Source: Bacteroidota bacterium (GTDB lineage Bacteria > Bacteroidota > Bacteroidia > Palsa-948). From it: a DNA stretch of 64,000 nucleotides. The stretch spans positions 100,954 to 164,953 of the forward strand of contig PLUL01000014.1 in NCBI GenBank assembly GCA_003164895.1, given 5' to 3'. The notes under the pieces are model-generated. The model had not been told where the DNA came from. It searched no databases and was given only the letters and a program-made list of their open reading frames with translations. Positions 22,238 through 31,173 of this stretch are shown here, in pieces; the stretch's first letter is position 1; each line of letters opens with the position of its first letter. The position numbers and the translations under genes were made by a program.

Positions 22238-23256
22238 GTTACTTCCAAAATTCCTTTGCATATTTTTTTTACAATCGCAGGTCCTTCATAAATAAATCCT
22301 GTATAAACCTGCACCAGCGAAGCGCCTGCATTCAATTTTTCAATTGCATCCTCGGCAGTATGAATTCCGCCGGAGGCAATGATGGGAATACTTTTGTTGG
22401 ATTTTTCGGAAAGATATTTTATCACTTCGGTAGAACGTTTTGCTAATGGTTTTCCGCTCAGCCCTCCGTTTCCAATTGCTTGGAGTTCGTAGTTCGGAGT
22501 TCGGAGATTTTCTCTGAAGATAGTTGTGTTGGTTGCAACCACTCCGTCAATTTTTGTTTCACGAACAATTTCAATAATGTCATCTAATTGTTCATTCGTT
22601 AAATCAGGAGCGATTTTAAGAAACAAAGGTTTCTTTCCTCTCGAAGTATTTATCTCCATTAATCTATTCAGAATTTTCTTCAATGGTTCTTTCTCCTGAA
22701 GTGCGCGAAGATTCGGAGTGTTGGGAGAACTTACATTCACTACAAAATAATCCACATAGTCATATAATTTCTCAAAACAATATTCATAATCGGCTAAAGC
22801 GTTTTCATTCGGAGTAACTTTATTCTTGCCGATATTTCCTCCGATAATTACTTTGAAATTTTTTCTTCGCTTCAATCGTTCCACCATCGCCTCCACTCCA
22901 TCATTATTGAAACCCATTCTGTTTATCAATGCTTCATCTTCTTTCAGGCGAAACAAACGTGGTTTGTCATTGCCGGATTGAGCTTTTGGAGTTACCGTTC
23001 CTACTTCAATAAAACCAAAACCGCAATTTGCCATCTCATCAAAAAAAGTTGCATCCTTATCAAAACCTGCAGCAAGTCCAACTGGATTCGGAAACTTTAA
23101 TCCGAAAATATTTTTTTCTAAATGAACATCTTCATACTGATAAATAATGCCAAGCAAAAAAGATACGAATGGAATTTTCAGCAGAGCAACAACAATGTGA
23201 TGAGAAATTTCGGGTGGAAACAGAAAAAGAAACGGGCGGATGAAAAGTTTGTACAT
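22228..23256 (-). CDS. pyrD: Dihydroorotate dehydrogenase (quinone), class 2
   Basis: N-terminal membrane-association helix; [19 protein letters not shown]; FMN-binding SSPNTPNLR and GGI...A motifs. Confidence 0.9.
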   Translation of the reverse strand: MYKLFIRPFLFLFPPEISHHIVVALLKIPFVSFLLGIIYQYEDVHLEKNIFGLKFPNPVGLAAGFDKDATFFDEMANCGFGFIEVGTVTPKAQSGNDKPRLFRLKEDEALINRMGFNNDGVEAMVERLKRRKNFKVIIGGNIGKNKVTPNENALADYEYCFEKLYDYVDYFVVNVSSPNTPNLRALQEKEPLKKILNRLMEINTSRGKKPLFLKIAPDLTNEQLDDIIEIVRETKIDGVVATNTTIFRENLRTPNYELQAIGNGGLSGKPLAKRSTEVIKYLSEKSNKSIPIIASGGIHTAEDAIEKLNAGASLVQVYTGFIYEGPAIVKKICKGILEVTQK

Positions 23257-23305
23257 CGCCTGCAAAGTTAGTTATTACCTTTGAAGTTCATAAAACAAAA
23301 AAACT

Positions 23306-23674
23306 ATGAAAGCATTTTATACCATCGGGCTTCTCATTCTTTCCAACATTTTCATGACACTTGCGTGGTACGGACATCTCAAGTTCAAAGAATTGAACTG
23401 GTTTCAGAACGCGGGATTCATTACCATTGTTCTTATCAGTTGGGGAATCGCGCTGTTTGAATACTTGTTTCAGATTCCGGCAAACCGAATTGGGTATGAA
23501 GGAAATGGCGGACCGTTTAATCTGGTAGAACTGAAAGTGATTCAGGAAGTAATAACACTTATAATTTTTTCAGGATTCATGCTCCTTGTTTTCAAAAACG
23601 AAGCGCTGAAATGGAATCACTTGGTAGGATTTGTATTTCTTGTGTTGGCGGTATTTTTTGTTTTCAAAAAATAA
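23306..23674 (+). CDS. DMT-superfamily small membrane protein (DUF486-like)
   Basis: 122 aa with four predicted TM helices. Confidence 0.5.
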   Translation: MKAFYTIGLLILSNIFMTLAWYGHLKFKELNWFQNAGFITIVLISWGIALFEYLFQIPANRIGYEGNGGPFNLVELKVIQEVITLIIFSGFMLLVFKNEALKWNHLVGFVFLVLAVFFVFKK

Positions 23675-23722
23675 AGTTAACTCTATACACATTTTGGTCA
23701 AGCATCCTGTTAGGTATAATAA

Positions 23723-26347
23723 TTACCTAACCAAAGTAACACGCCCTACATATTTGTGGGTTTTATTATTTGTATCAACAATATTTATTTTCCATACATA
23801 AACATCTTCCTGGGCTAAATTACTACCGATTTTTCCATCCCAACCATTTGCAATATCATACGATTCAAATATTTTATTTCCCCATCTATCAAATATAAGT
23901 ATATGAAACGATTTAATATACGTTCCTTCGCCAAAAAATAATTCATTCTTACCATCGGCATTGGGAGTAAAACAATTGGGAATATAAAATGTGAACGGAG
24001 CTTCCACTCTTAAACAATGAATAGATGTATCTTTGCAGAATCCGCCAGCATCGGTTACAATAAGAGTGATACAATAAACTCCCGTATCGGAATATGTATG
24101 CGAAGGATTATGGGCAGAACTTGTATCCAAACTATTCGGATCACCAAAATTCCAAAACCAAGTTGCAGCATTGGTAGAATGATCAATACAATTAACCACT
24201 GCATCCAATAAATTTAAAGTGTCAGGATTAGCTGTGAACGCAGAAGTAGGTGGTCCGGTGGATGAAATATTGATTACCATTTGATTCGTACAGCCATTTG
24301 CATCAGCTACCAACACATTGTATGCTCCGGCAGCAAGATTGGAGATTGTTTGTGTTGATTGTACAGGATTTGTAAGCCATAAATAAGTATATCCGCCAAC
24401 GCCTCCGTTAGCATTTATAGTAGCCGTACCATTGGATAGTCCACACGAAGCGATAACAGAAGTTTGTGTAAGAGTAATAGCGGTTGGTTGTGTAATATTC
24501 ACTGATTGAGGAATTGTACATCCATTTGCATCTGAAACAACCACAGAATATGTTCCGGCAGATAAAGCGCTTGCTATTTGAGTATTCTGGCCGGTAGGAA
24601 TCCAAACATAATTATAGGGGGCTGTTCCCCCGGAGCCGGTTGCGGATGTACTTGCATCGCTTCCGCCTGCACAAGATACATTTGCAACTACCGAAGCAGT
24701 TGCTGCGATAGGGGTAGGTTGATTTACTGCAACTGTATAGGATGAACTGCAACCCGAAGCATCACTCACCACAACAGAATAAGTTCCGGCATTCAAATTA
24801 GAAACAGCACTGGAAACAGCGCCATTTGACCAGTGATAAATATAAGGCGCATTTAAACCATTGGTTGCAACTGATACGCTTCCATTGTTTCCTCCGTTAC
24901 AAGAAACACTGTTTGATGCCGTAGTAGCATTTAAAATTCCGGTAGATATTACTATAGTATCATTTCCGGTGCATGCTCCATTTGAAACAGTAAGAACATA
25001 AGTTGTTGTAGAAGCCGGATTTGCAACTGGATTAGAAATGCTCGGATTACTTAATCCTGCTACAGGACTCCACGTATAAGTAACTCCGCCGGTAGCATTT
25101 AATTGAACAGGTCCTCGACAAGTGGATGTGTCTCTGCCTGCATTAGGAACAGGAGCATTTAAAACATGAACCACCAATGGAATTGTAGTAGTTGCGGCAG
25201 GAGTACCATTATCAGCAGCAGTAAAATTAATTGTGTTATATCCAATATTTGAAGCTTGCGCAATAAGTTGTGCATTAAACTGTGAAGTGTTTCCGGATGT
25301 ATTTGTGAGAATTGAAAAACCATTCATGGTTGTAGTAGCATTTGCATTTGTAATTTGACCTGCTTCGGGCGACAACCAAAGAATATTAAATGGAGTAATA
25401 TCACCCACACAAGCAGTAACTGTATCGCAAATACCCAATCCATTTGCAATAGGCGGAATATTATTGCTTGAAGAACAACTGGTAAATGAAAACGATTGAT
25501 TATTTAACCATGCAACACCACTCGGAGCACCGTTAGGTCCGTTGTAAGTACTACCTGCCTGATCAAATGTACCGAACTGAATAAAATTAGTGCCATCACC
25601 CGAATTAGCACCCACTGTAGCTGCCGTTCCTCCAAATCCATTTGTTCCGCCGGAAGCATCTCCGGTAGTCCATTGCATTTCTTTATAACAAAACGAAACA
25701 TTATTTCCATTGGGAATGATTGGATCAACACCATTTGTCATAATCAACTGAAAAGTATTCACTTTATCGGAATGTGTATCGTAATATCCAACACCATCCC
25801 ATTGTATAATCATATAAGTAGGGGTAAGTTTATAATAAACAATGCCACTGGCTGGATCGCGTGTATCTACATCTCCCCAAAACGGAGCTACCATTACATA
25901 TTGAGTAGAAGGAAAAGTAGCTGCAGAAAAATCGGATTTAGCAACATCAAATGTAACATTTCCATTATTGTTTATGAATACTGAAGGGTATTGGTGACCA
26001 TACAAACAAAAGTTAAATCCAAGATTCATCTGAACGGTTGACCAATCATCATTGCGATAACTGGGAGCCACTCCTGGTCCACCACTCACTCCGCTACCAT
26101 CAAACTGAGCGATTTGCCATGAAGCATCGCGTGTTTTCCAGCAAGTACATCCATTAGTAGCAGGAGTAGGAATAATATTTCCGGGCAGATAAATAGGATC
26201 AATGGGAGTAGTCTTATTTATTATTTTTTCATTTCCGGTTAACATGCCTTGCTTTTTAAGCGCATTATAATCGAGGGATTGAGAATATGAATTATTCCCA
26301 ACCATAAGGAGGAACATTAATGCTGAATATGAAAGAACTTTATTCAA
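23723..26347 (-). CDS. T9SS type B C-terminal-domain adhesin with SprB repeats and a PKD domain
   Basis: Signal peptide; repeated SprB-type units (...NGGNNGSVSVATNGLNAPYIYHWSNG..., ...CAGGSDASTSATGSGGTAPYNYVW..., ...CGLSNGTATINANGGVGGYTYLW...); C-terminal gliding-motility CTD FYIPNCFTPNADGKNELF...FDRWGNKIFES...GWDGK. Confidence 0.8.
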   Translation of the reverse strand: MNKVLSYSALMFLLMVGNNSYSQSLDYNALKKQGMLTGNEKIINKTTPIDPIYLPGNIIPTPATNGCTCWKTRDASWQIAQFDGSGVSGGPGVAPSYRNDDWSTVQMNLGFNFCLYGHQYPSVFINNNGNVTFDVAKSDFSAATFPSTQYVMVAPFWGDVDTRDPASGIVYYKLTPTYMIIQWDGVGYYDTHSDKVNTFQLIMTNGVDPIIPNGNNVSFCYKEMQWTTGDASGGTNGFGGTAATVGANSGDGTNFIQFGTFDQAGSTYNGPNGAPSGVAWLNNQSFSFTSCSSSNNIPPIANGLGICDTVTACVGDITPFNILWLSPEAGQITNANATTTMNGFSILTNTSGNTSQFNAQLIAQASNIGYNTINFTAADNGTPAATTTIPLVVHVLNAPVPNAGRDTSTCRGPVQLNATGGVTYTWSPVAGLSNPSISNPVANPASTTTYVLTVSNGACTGNDTIVISTGILNATTASNSVSCNGGNNGSVSVATNGLNAPYIYHWSNGAVSSAVSNLNAGTYSVVVSDASGCSSSYTVAVNQPTPIAATASVVANVSCAGGSDASTSATGSGGTAPYNYVWIPTGQNTQIASALSAGTYSVVVSDANGCTIPQSVNITQPTAITLTQTSVIASCGLSNGTATINANGGVGGYTYLWLTNPVQSTQTISNLAAGAYNVLVADANGCTNQMVINISSTGPPTSAFTANPDTLNLLDAVVNCIDHSTNAATWFWNFGDPNSLDTSSAHNPSHTYSDTGVYCITLIVTDAGGFCKDTSIHCLRVEAPFTFYIPNCFTPNADGKNELFFGEGTYIKSFHILIFDRWGNKIFESYDIANGWDGKIGSNLAQEDVYVWKINIVDTNNKTHKYVGRVTLVR

Positions 26348-26524
26348 TGTGTTATTGTTTATTCTTTTATTAGACGTAAAACAATCTAAAAGGTTGCCCT
26401 TAACATTATAATAACACGAAGATATAATTAATTTCTTTCAAGATGAACCATTAAAAAGGTAATGTAATTAACGCATCAATGTTTATTTCTATATCTATTT
26501 ATTCCTTTTCAGTGTTTGCGAAAA

Positions 26525-26662
26525 GTTACGGCAGATAACCTGCCTGCGGCTCTCGAAAATTATATTCAGTTTATTGAAAAGGAAGTGAATGTGCCGGTAA
26601 GTATTATCTCGGTGGGACCGGATAGAACGCAAACGCTGGAACGTGCCGGGAAAATGGTGTAA
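26525..26662 (+). pseudogene. purA: 3' remnant of adenylosuccinate synthetase (last ~45 codons of purA)
   Basis: Translation VTADNLPAALENYIQFIEKEVNVPVSIISVGPDRTQTLERAGKMV* matches the conserved PurA C-terminus (E. coli ...[42 protein letters not shown]); there is no upstream purA body. Confidence 0.6.
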
Positions 26663-26748
26663 GCCCTCTCCTAATCTATTTTCATTTCTTGACTTTTGCA
26701 CAAAGTACAACTTCGCGCGCACGGAGAAAAATGGTTTGTTACAGTCAT

Positions 26749-27336
26749 TTATTTTTTTGTCAACTGTTTCCATTTCTGTTTGTCCATCATAGGAATAGAA
26801 AAGTAAACTGTCACGCAAATTGGTTTGTCCGGTTCCCGTTTGATGACCATTTTCGGACTTCCTACTTCTTCGACTTTCCCTAATGATATCTTGCCTTTTG
26901 AAGAAAATCTATTTGTCCATTTCCTTGAAATATAAATATCCACATCAAGTTTTTTCCATTTCCTTATTTTGTTACCTAAAAATTCTTTGATATGTTTATC
27001 TGCGCACTTGCCACAATAAAATTTCACTACAATACTATCGCATACATTGTTTGGATTGTCAAAGAAATATTCCAATTCAACTTTTTCAAATCCATCAACA
27101 AGCACTTTTAAATTTGCAATTGTGTCAAGGTGCATCGTTGTGTCTGTCGGGTGAATAGTCCATGATGTGTCTATTTGAATAATTGTCTCGGAAAATGAGA
27201 TTTTATATGTGCTGTCAACATATCCACGAAGTAGTTTTTTTATTTCATTTCTACTGTCTCCTAAAAATTCCTGACCAAACACAAGTATGGGAAGAAAAAT
27301 TGCCAAAATGAGAGAAAGTCGTGGCTTGGTTATCAT
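26749..27336 (-). CDS. Hypothetical secreted protein
   Basis: Signal peptide MITKPRLSLILAIFLPILVFGQ. Confidence 0.45.
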   Translation of the reverse strand: MITKPRLSLILAIFLPILVFGQEFLGDSRNEIKKLLRGYVDSTYKISFSETIIQIDTSWTIHPTDTTMHLDTIANLKVLVDGFEKVELEYFFDNPNNVCDSIVVKFYCGKCADKHIKEFLGNKIRKWKKLDVDIYISRKWTNRFSSKGKISLGKVEEVGSPKMVIKREPDKPICVTVYFSIPMMDKQKWKQLTKK

Positions 27337-27403
27337 TTTAAATGCTTGCTTACTTGTTCTCTACTTCTCAAATGTACTTCTTTCGATTGCAGCTTCACGG
27401 TTT

Positions 27404-28849
27404 CTATCTGGATGCTCTGCTCGATAGAATAGTTTCTTTGGGAAGAATACGGATGGCAACCCGAATGTTCTTATTTGCTTCCGCCTGATTTTTAGGACGA
27501 CGATAAATCATTTCGCTTCCTCCATAACCAAGTGCGGTAAGGCGTTCGCCTAAAATTCCTTTTTCTATCAAATACTTTTTTATTGTTTCGGCTCTGAGCT
27601 GCGATAATTTTTTTGAACTTCCCGAAAAACTGCCTTCTTCATATTGATCATAACGATCGGCTTTTATTCTTTTATTTCCGCTTGTGTGCCCTTGTATTTC
27701 CGCTTTAATTTCAGGATTCATTTTCAGGTACGAAACCAATTTATCTAATTCATCAAGCGCACCGGGTTTCATTGCATAGGTGTTAGGGTAAAAATATATT
27801 TTATCCATCACAAAATTATCTCCTTCCATTACCGGAGATAACAAAACATCCTGAGTGATTGAACCGGCATCATCTTTAGTAGAAAAAGAAACAATTTTAT
27901 TTTTATATCCAAGTGCAGAAAAAGTGATTGTGTATTGCGTATTTTTTTCTAAAGTTATTTGGTATTTCCCTTTTTCATCCGAATGGCTGATTGAATTTGG
28001 CGCCTTTTGTTTTTTTGCGCAAATAATATCCGCAACAATGGCGCAATGTTTTATGCTATCCTTTACCGTGCAAGTAATAAATTTCGCTTCGTCTTTCTTG
28101 GTTGGATTCATCACAGGCAAAGAAGGATTTGCAGTAACAGTATTTTTTGCAATTACAACAGGTTTTGTTTGAGGATTCAAGTAAACAGTTTTTTCTATTT
28201 TAATTTTCGCAAATTTCTTTGCGTAATTACGACTCATTGCAGCTTTAAATTTTTGCGAATACTTTTCATTCTTCAGCGTGAAACGGTAACCGCAATCTGT
28301 TCCCTCCACATGATAAATATTCAACATATAAACCTCGCCTATTTTTGCAGGAACGGCAGAATGATAAGCTGTGTAATAAAAATCTTTTGCTCTATCTTCA
28401 GAATTGGTGTTATTATAACTCACATCTGATGACAAAGACAATCCGGTGCCGGAAAAATACATATCTCCTTTGTAAAGATTAGCCCTAACAGGCGCAATGT
28501 TTTTTGTTTCTATTTCGTTTACGCTAATGTTAGCCGGAATTTTATATAAAAAATAGTTGAACGTGTTTCCTTTTTTCTCAGGATATATTTCAAAAGCAAT
28601 TTCGCAGTTCTCCTTCGCATAAATTTTATACCAGAATGATTTTGAAGTGTCGGGATTAGAATAAAGCACTGCATTATTTTCAACATCGGTTGTTATTGTA
28701 TCCGAAGCATTTTTGGAAACAGCATGAATGCCGCTTTCTTCAATAACAATTTCATTTACAAAATGGCAATCATTATTAAAACGTTTGGTTTGTGAAAATA
28801 AATAAGCTGGCACAATTAATAAAAACACCAGCAATCGGTATGATTTCAT
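27404..28849 (-). CDS. OmpA-family outer-membrane-associated protein
   Basis: Signal peptide (start at MKSYRLLVFLL); C-terminal OmpA/MotB peptidoglycan-binding domain ...AETIKKYLIEKGILGERLTALGYGGSE... Confidence 0.7.
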   Translation of the reverse strand: MKSYRLLVFLLIVPAYLFSQTKRFNNDCHFVNEIVIEESGIHAVSKNASDTITTDVENNAVLYSNPDTSKSFWYKIYAKENCEIAFEIYPEKKGNTFNYFLYKIPANISVNEIETKNIAPVRANLYKGDMYFSGTGLSLSSDVSYNNTNSEDRAKDFYYTAYHSAVPAKIGEVYMLNIYHVEGTDCGYRFTLKNEKYSQKFKAAMSRNYAKKFAKIKIEKTVYLNPQTKPVVIAKNTVTANPSLPVMNPTKKDEAKFITCTVKDSIKHCAIVADIICAKKQKAPNSISHSDEKGKYQITLEKNTQYTITFSALGYKNKIVSFSTKDDAGSITQDVLLSPVMEGDNFVMDKIYFYPNTYAMKPGALDELDKLVSYLKMNPEIKAEIQGHTSGNKRIKADRYDQYEEGSFSGSSKKLSQLRAETIKKYLIEKGILGERLTALGYGGSEMIYRRPKNQAEANKNIRVAIRILPKETILSSRASR

Positions 28850-29053
28850 GGCATACTTTTTTATTGAGTCGTTCTTAAAGACAAACCACCCAATGTAGTT
28901 TATACAAAAAGACAACGAAATGTTGTTACTTATTCATGATTCTAAAAAGAGTGTTAACACATGATTGTTAATTAAGCGCTGCTGACTTTAATCATTTCGT
29001 TTAATTCTTATATCATTATCTTTATCGAATCTTAATTCAAATTAAAAAATAAA

Positions 29054-29830
29054 ATGGAAGAATTCGTTACAAGTAATCTCGCCGTGTTCATAGATTTTCA
29101 GAACATAGCTTACACCAATAAAAAAGATGCGAAGTCACTGGATGCGCATACCAAGCAGGTGAAATCGGAAATGCGCAGCACAATCAATTATCTGAAAAGT
29201 CGCGGCAGGTTAATTGTAAAAAAAGCATATGCCGATTGGGCTGGACAGTTTTCAACTTACCGTCAGCAAATGCTGGAGGATTCCATTGAACTAACCGAAG
29301 TGCCTTCGCAATTCAGCGGAAAAAATTCTGCCGATATTAAATTAGCAGTTGACGCGTTGGAAATTGCTTTATCAAAAAATTATATTGATACGATTGTGGT
29401 CATTTCAGGCGACAGCGATTACGCTCCGTTGATTTCCATGCTTCGTGAGCATAACAAATATGTGATTGTGATAGGAAGAAAAGAAAATTTAAGCGCATTG
29501 CTCAAAGGTTATTGCGATGAGTTGAAAACATTTTCGGATATTCTGATTGAAGAAGAAGAGGAAGAAATTGCCGACGAAAATGATATTCGTTATGCTTATA
29601 GACTGCTGAAAGAAGCAGCTAATTATTTCAACGAAAGAGGAAAGAAAATAAATGCAGCAGGAATAAAAAGTCATCTTGTGCAGCTCGATTCATCCTTTAG
29701 CCAGACAAAATATGGATTTAAAATGTGGAACGATTTTTTGAAACGAGCGGAAAAAGATAAAATTATAAAGCTGGAACAACATCCGAAAGATGCTCGTTCA
29801 TTTTTTGTTTTGCCTTACGGAGAAAAATAA
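29054..29830 (+). CDS. NYN (LabA-like PIN) domain protein with C-terminal OST-HTH/LOTUS domain
   Basis: LAVFIDFQNI...VVISGDSDYAPLISMLREHNKYVIVIG (NYN) then YAYRLLKEAANYF...IKSHLVQLD...YGFKMWNDFLKRAE (OST-HTH-like). Confidence 0.65.
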   Translation: MEEFVTSNLAVFIDFQNIAYTNKKDAKSLDAHTKQVKSEMRSTINYLKSRGRLIVKKAYADWAGQFSTYRQQMLEDSIELTEVPSQFSGKNSADIKLAVDALEIALSKNYIDTIVVISGDSDYAPLISMLREHNKYVIVIGRKENLSALLKGYCDELKTFSDILIEEEEEEIADENDIRYAYRLLKEAANYFNERGKKINAAGIKSHLVQLDSSFSQTKYGFKMWNDFLKRAEKDKIIKLEQHPKDARSFFVLPYGEK

Positions 29831-29845
29831 TAAAATGTTTTTCGC

Positions 29846-30355
29846 ATGGTAAAATATACCACGATCATATTGAAATTCGACAAGCAGGGAGAAAAAACGG
29901 GATGGACTTATATTAAAATTCCTTCCGATGTGGCAAACAAATTAAAACCCGGCAACAAAAAATCTTTCCGCGTAAAAGGGAAATTAGATACTTATTCCTT
30001 TAAAAAAACTTCGTTGCTTCCAATGGGAAATGGAAATTTCATAATGCCTCTCAATGCTTCCATTAGAAAAACAATTGGCAAAAGACACGGAGCAATGCTT
30101 AACGTTCAAATTGCAGAAGATAAAAGTGATTTTGTTTTTAATCCAGACATGATGGCGTGCCTTGCTGATGAACCTGTTGCGCTAAAGTTTTTCAAACAAC
30201 AACCCGGTTCGCATCAAAAATATTTTTCAAAATGGGTTGACAGCGCGAAAACAGATATAACAAAAGCAAAAAAAATTGCGATGGTTGTTAATGCACTTTC
30301 AAAAGGACAAGGATTTGCAGAAATGATTCGTGCCAATACAAACAAAAGATATTAA
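29846..30355 (+). CDS. DUF1905 / YdeI-OmpD-associated family protein
   Basis: N-terminal DUF1905-like beta region and C-terminal YdeI-like helical region (...FFKQQPGSHQKYFSKWVDSAKTDITKAKKIAMVVNAL). Confidence 0.5.
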   Translation: MVKYTTIILKFDKQGEKTGWTYIKIPSDVANKLKPGNKKSFRVKGKLDTYSFKKTSLLPMGNGNFIMPLNASIRKTIGKRHGAMLNVQIAEDKSDFVFNPDMMACLADEPVALKFFKQQPGSHQKYFSKWVDSAKTDITKAKKIAMVVNALSKGQGFAEMIRANTNKRY

Positions 30356-30504
30356 TTGAGAATTCACAGCTTCTATTTATTTAAACTTTAAACACAATAA
30401 TTTCAGCAAAGATGAGTTAAAGTTGCACCTGAGAGGTGAATTTTCCTACTTTTGAGAAACAACTAAAAAACGATTAGTCAATAAGATTATTAGCAAATGA
30501 GCCA

Positions 30505-31173
30505 ATGAGAAAAAATAAAAATATATTGCTTTTCATCAGCATATCAGCACATTTGCTAATTAGCTCATTTGCTTTTGCGCAGGATAAAGATCTGATTCAG
30601 TTTTCGGGGGTTGTGCTAGAAAGAGACAGTTTAGTTCCTGTTGCATTTACCAGGATCATGATTAAAAACTCGCATCGTGGAACGATTGCCGACTATAACG
30701 GATATTTTTCTTTCGTTGCACAGAAAAAAGATACACTTGTTTTTTCCTCAACCGGATATAAGAAATCAATTTATGCAATTTCAGATACACTTACCGGCAA
30801 CAAATATTCTCTTATTCAGGTTTTAAGTTCTGACACCACTAATCTTCCGGTAACAGTAATTTATCCATGGCCAAGTCCGGATGAATTTAAAAAAATTTTT
30901 CTTTCTAAAAATATTCCTAACGATGATTTAACTCGCGCTAAAAATAATTTAGCTCAGGAAGCCATGAAAGAACGATTTCAAACTATGCCGATGGATGGAA
31001 GCATGAATTACAAAAATCAAATGGCGCAGCAATCCAGTCGTCTTTATTGGGCAGGGCAATATCCTCCAAACAATCTTCTTAATCCGATTGCATGGGCGCA
31101 ATTTATCAAGGCGTGGAGAGACGGGCAATTTAAGGCAAAACCAAAAACTGATTCTGAGCAGGAAGATAAATGA
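30505..31173 (+). CDS. Secreted CarboxypepD_reg-like domain protein
   Basis: Signal peptide; FSGVVLERDSLVPVAFTRIMIKNSHRGTIADYNGYFSF carboxypeptidase-regulatory-like fold; stop overlaps the start of the next gene (ATGA). Confidence 0.55.
   Translation: MRKNKNILLFISISAHLLISSFAFAQDKDLIQFSGVVLERDSLVPVAFTRIMIKNSHRGTIADYNGYFSFVAQKKDTLVFSSTGYKKSIYAISDTLTGNKYSLIQVLSSDTTNLPVTVIYPWPSPDEFKKIFLSKNIPNDDLTRAKNNLAQEAMKERFQTMPMDGSMNYKNQMAQQSSRLYWAGQYPPNNLLNPIAWAQFIKAWRDGQFKAKPKTDSEQEDK

Noticed and set aside
26495-26818. 107-aa minus-strand ORF
   Set aside because: It is antisense to the purA remnant and overlaps the neighbouring gene start; there is no motif support.
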